Below are positions 62,021 to 64,000 of a DNA stretch of 64,000 bases, one piece after another; the stretch's first letter is position 1, and each line of letters begins with the position of its first letter. Origin of the DNA: Camelus dromedarius. Its lineage: Eukaryota. Where the stretch lies: positions 11,532,001 through 11,596,000 of the forward strand of contig NC_087436.1 in the NCBI RefSeq assembly GCF_036321535.1. Reading direction: 5' to 3'. The position numbers and the translations under genes were made by a program. The notes beneath the pieces are model-generated. The model saw only the letters and a program-made list of their open reading frames with translations. It did not search any database and was not told the DNA's origin.

Positions 62021-62429
62021 CCTCACCTTTCAGCCTGTTGCAGTCTTGCTGTTGCTGAACTGAGTTGAATAACCAAGAACGTAGGAGAGATTGTAGAGGG
62101 CTGTAAGCCAAGTGGGCAAATGATTTGAGGAGGTGCCTTTAGCTGAGGCTGATCTGAAACATCAGTACTAATAAAGTAGGGCTAGTTCAATTTTTATGTC
62201 CTGGGTTCACTTCCGCTCTCGGTTTACATCTTATTTATTACTCCTGGAGACTTTTCTAACCAGAATCTCTAGGTTTGCAAAAAAGAGCATTTGATCTGGT
62301 TTGTCTTGGCCTAATTTTGCTTTAGGAATTTAGAGATTCCCTAGTAAAGTGCTGACCCTGTAAGCAGCCTTCCTTCAGGTGACACTGTTACTGCCGCTTC
62401 CTTGTCGGAATGACTGGGTCTTTGGGATC

Positions 62430-62600
62430 GTCATTCACATCAGTCTGCTCCTCAGTTCCCCATCTGGAAAATGGGGATGATAATATTACTTACTTCTCAG
62501 GACTTTTGTATAGATGAAGTGAGATTATATATGTAAATATTTTAGCCCTTTACTTGGCACATGGAAAATGTTTAATTAATGTTGGCAGTAATTATCATGG
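62430..62600 (+). mobile_element. MIR
   Basis: CTCAGTTCCCCATCTGGAAAATGGGGATGATAATA...GTGAGATTATATATGTAAA. Confidence 0.8.
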
Positions 62601-62726
62601 TCATCCTTATTTTTTTAATCCTCAATTCCAAAATGTCTTCATATTGTAGGAATAAAAGATTGAAAAAGTCTTAAATTAGACTTTTGTTTGTATTTTATTT
62701 TCCACATTTAGAAAAATGTAGTGATT

Positions 62727-63054
62727 GAACTTACATATAAAACAGAAACAGACTCATAGTCATAGAATACAAACTTGTGGTTGCCAGGGGGGAATGGGGT
62801 GGGAAGGGACAGACTGGGAGTTTGCAATTTGTAGATACTGACAGGTATATGTAGAATAGATAAACAAGTTTATACTGTATAGCACAGGGAAATATATACA
62901 AGATCTTGGTGAAAAAGAATGTGATAGCTCATGGTGAAAAAGAATGTGACAATGAATATATGTATGTTTATGTTTGAAAAATTGAGCTCTACACTGGAAA
63001 TTGACACAACATTGTAAACTGAGTATAACTCAAAAAAATTAAATTAAAAAAAAA
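62727..63054 (+). mobile_element. Short young L1 3' UTR
   Basis: TSD core GTAGTGATT at 62718-62726 and 63055-63063. A-tail present. 3' UTR closely similar to the L1 at 16603-17316. Confidence 0.85.
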
Positions 63055-63552
63055 GTAGTGATTAACTTAAAGTGACAAGGTCAAGGTTAGTTTTCTTTCC
63101 CTTCAAGAGGTAGCACTTAGAGAGTCTCCAAACTACTTGAGCCGTAGACATCCAGAGACATGGATGCTTGGAGATAGGAGATCTTATTTAATATGTCTTT
63201 ATTTTTCTTCTCTATTTCCTTTATAATCTAAACTACATTTCAATTTTCCTCTGTTCTTTTTTTTTTATTTCTGTCTAATGGCTCTCACCTCTTTATGTTT
63301 TAGCTGACATGCAATTTGTGAATAAATGCGTTTTGCCTAATGATGGGAATGAGGCCCTGAAGATGTTTTGGTTCTATAAGGATTCCTAGGTATCTCAGTT
63401 AACTAATGGATGGGTCCTTGTAGTTCATCCTGCTTCTGCCTGAGAGTGCTAGGTCAGATCTTAGACTGCTGTGCACTAAGGTAGATGCAAAATAGGGGTA
63501 CTGTGTTAATTTCTGACACATATAAACGTGAATTGAGTACCTCAGGTGTGAT

Positions 63553-64000
63553 TTTTTTTTTACAACTTTATTGAGGCATATTTTACATAGGATCTCCCCA
63601 TTGTAGAGTTTAGTGATTTTTAGTAAATTTACTGAGTAGTACCACCATCACCGTAAATCAACTTTACAACATTTTTACTCCCACATAATATTTTTGAGGT
63701 TCATCCATGTTGTAGTGTGTATCATCAGTTTGTTCCTTTTCATTGCTGAATAGATTCCATTGTGTGAACGTGGCATATTTGGACTATCCATTTATCAGTT
63801 GATCCATTTATCATTTAGGTTGTTTACAGTTTGGGGCTCTTATGAATAATGCTGCTGTGAACATTCCTGTGCAGTTCTTTGTGTCAACCGATGTTTTTAT
63901 TTCTCGTGGTGGTAGATACCTATGAGTGGAATTCCTGGGTCATATGATAAATTTATATTTAAATTTTTAAAAATTGCTATGCTATTTTCCCAAGTGGCTA
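63553..64000 (-). mobile_element. Old L1 (L1MA/MB-like) 3' end, runs off the window
   Basis: Poly(T), ACAACTTTATTGAGGCATA, GAGGTTCATCCATGTTGTAG, GCTGCTGTGAACATTC. Confidence 0.75.

Overview
Mammalian genomic DNA, probably camelid: it carries tRNA-derived SINEs of the Vic-1 type and young cetartiodactyl-type L1 3' UTRs. The only supported protein-coding gene is the 5' part of KLHL2 (Mayven) on the + strand. It has a CpG-island promoter (~29.5-30.65 kb), coding exon 1 (30280-30305), exon 2 (42962-43087) and exon 3 (57465-57571), which splice in frame to METPPRPPACTKQ...[12 protein letters not shown](G), the N-terminus and start of the BTB domain. The rest is intergenic or intronic DNA rich in L1, L2, MIR, SINE, LTR and DNA-transposon relics. 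Notable observations: (1) an ERV 3' end (internal + PPT + U3-R + A-tail) inside a 14-bp TSD, consistent with an L1-retroposed ERV transcript ~5 kb upstream of KLHL2; (2) an apparent ~3-kb inversion that scrambled two nested L1s in intron 3; (3) a SINE carrying an extra polyadenylated unique tail; (4) the apparent orthologue of the human alternative first exon with its in-frame donor reading AT instead of GT; (5) two upstream AUGs in the KLHL2 leader; (6) an orphan CRE/GC-box/TATA promoter-like element at ~15 kb. Repeat family names and human comparisons come from recalled sequences, not database searches. No prokaryote-type system (CRISPR, operon) is present.
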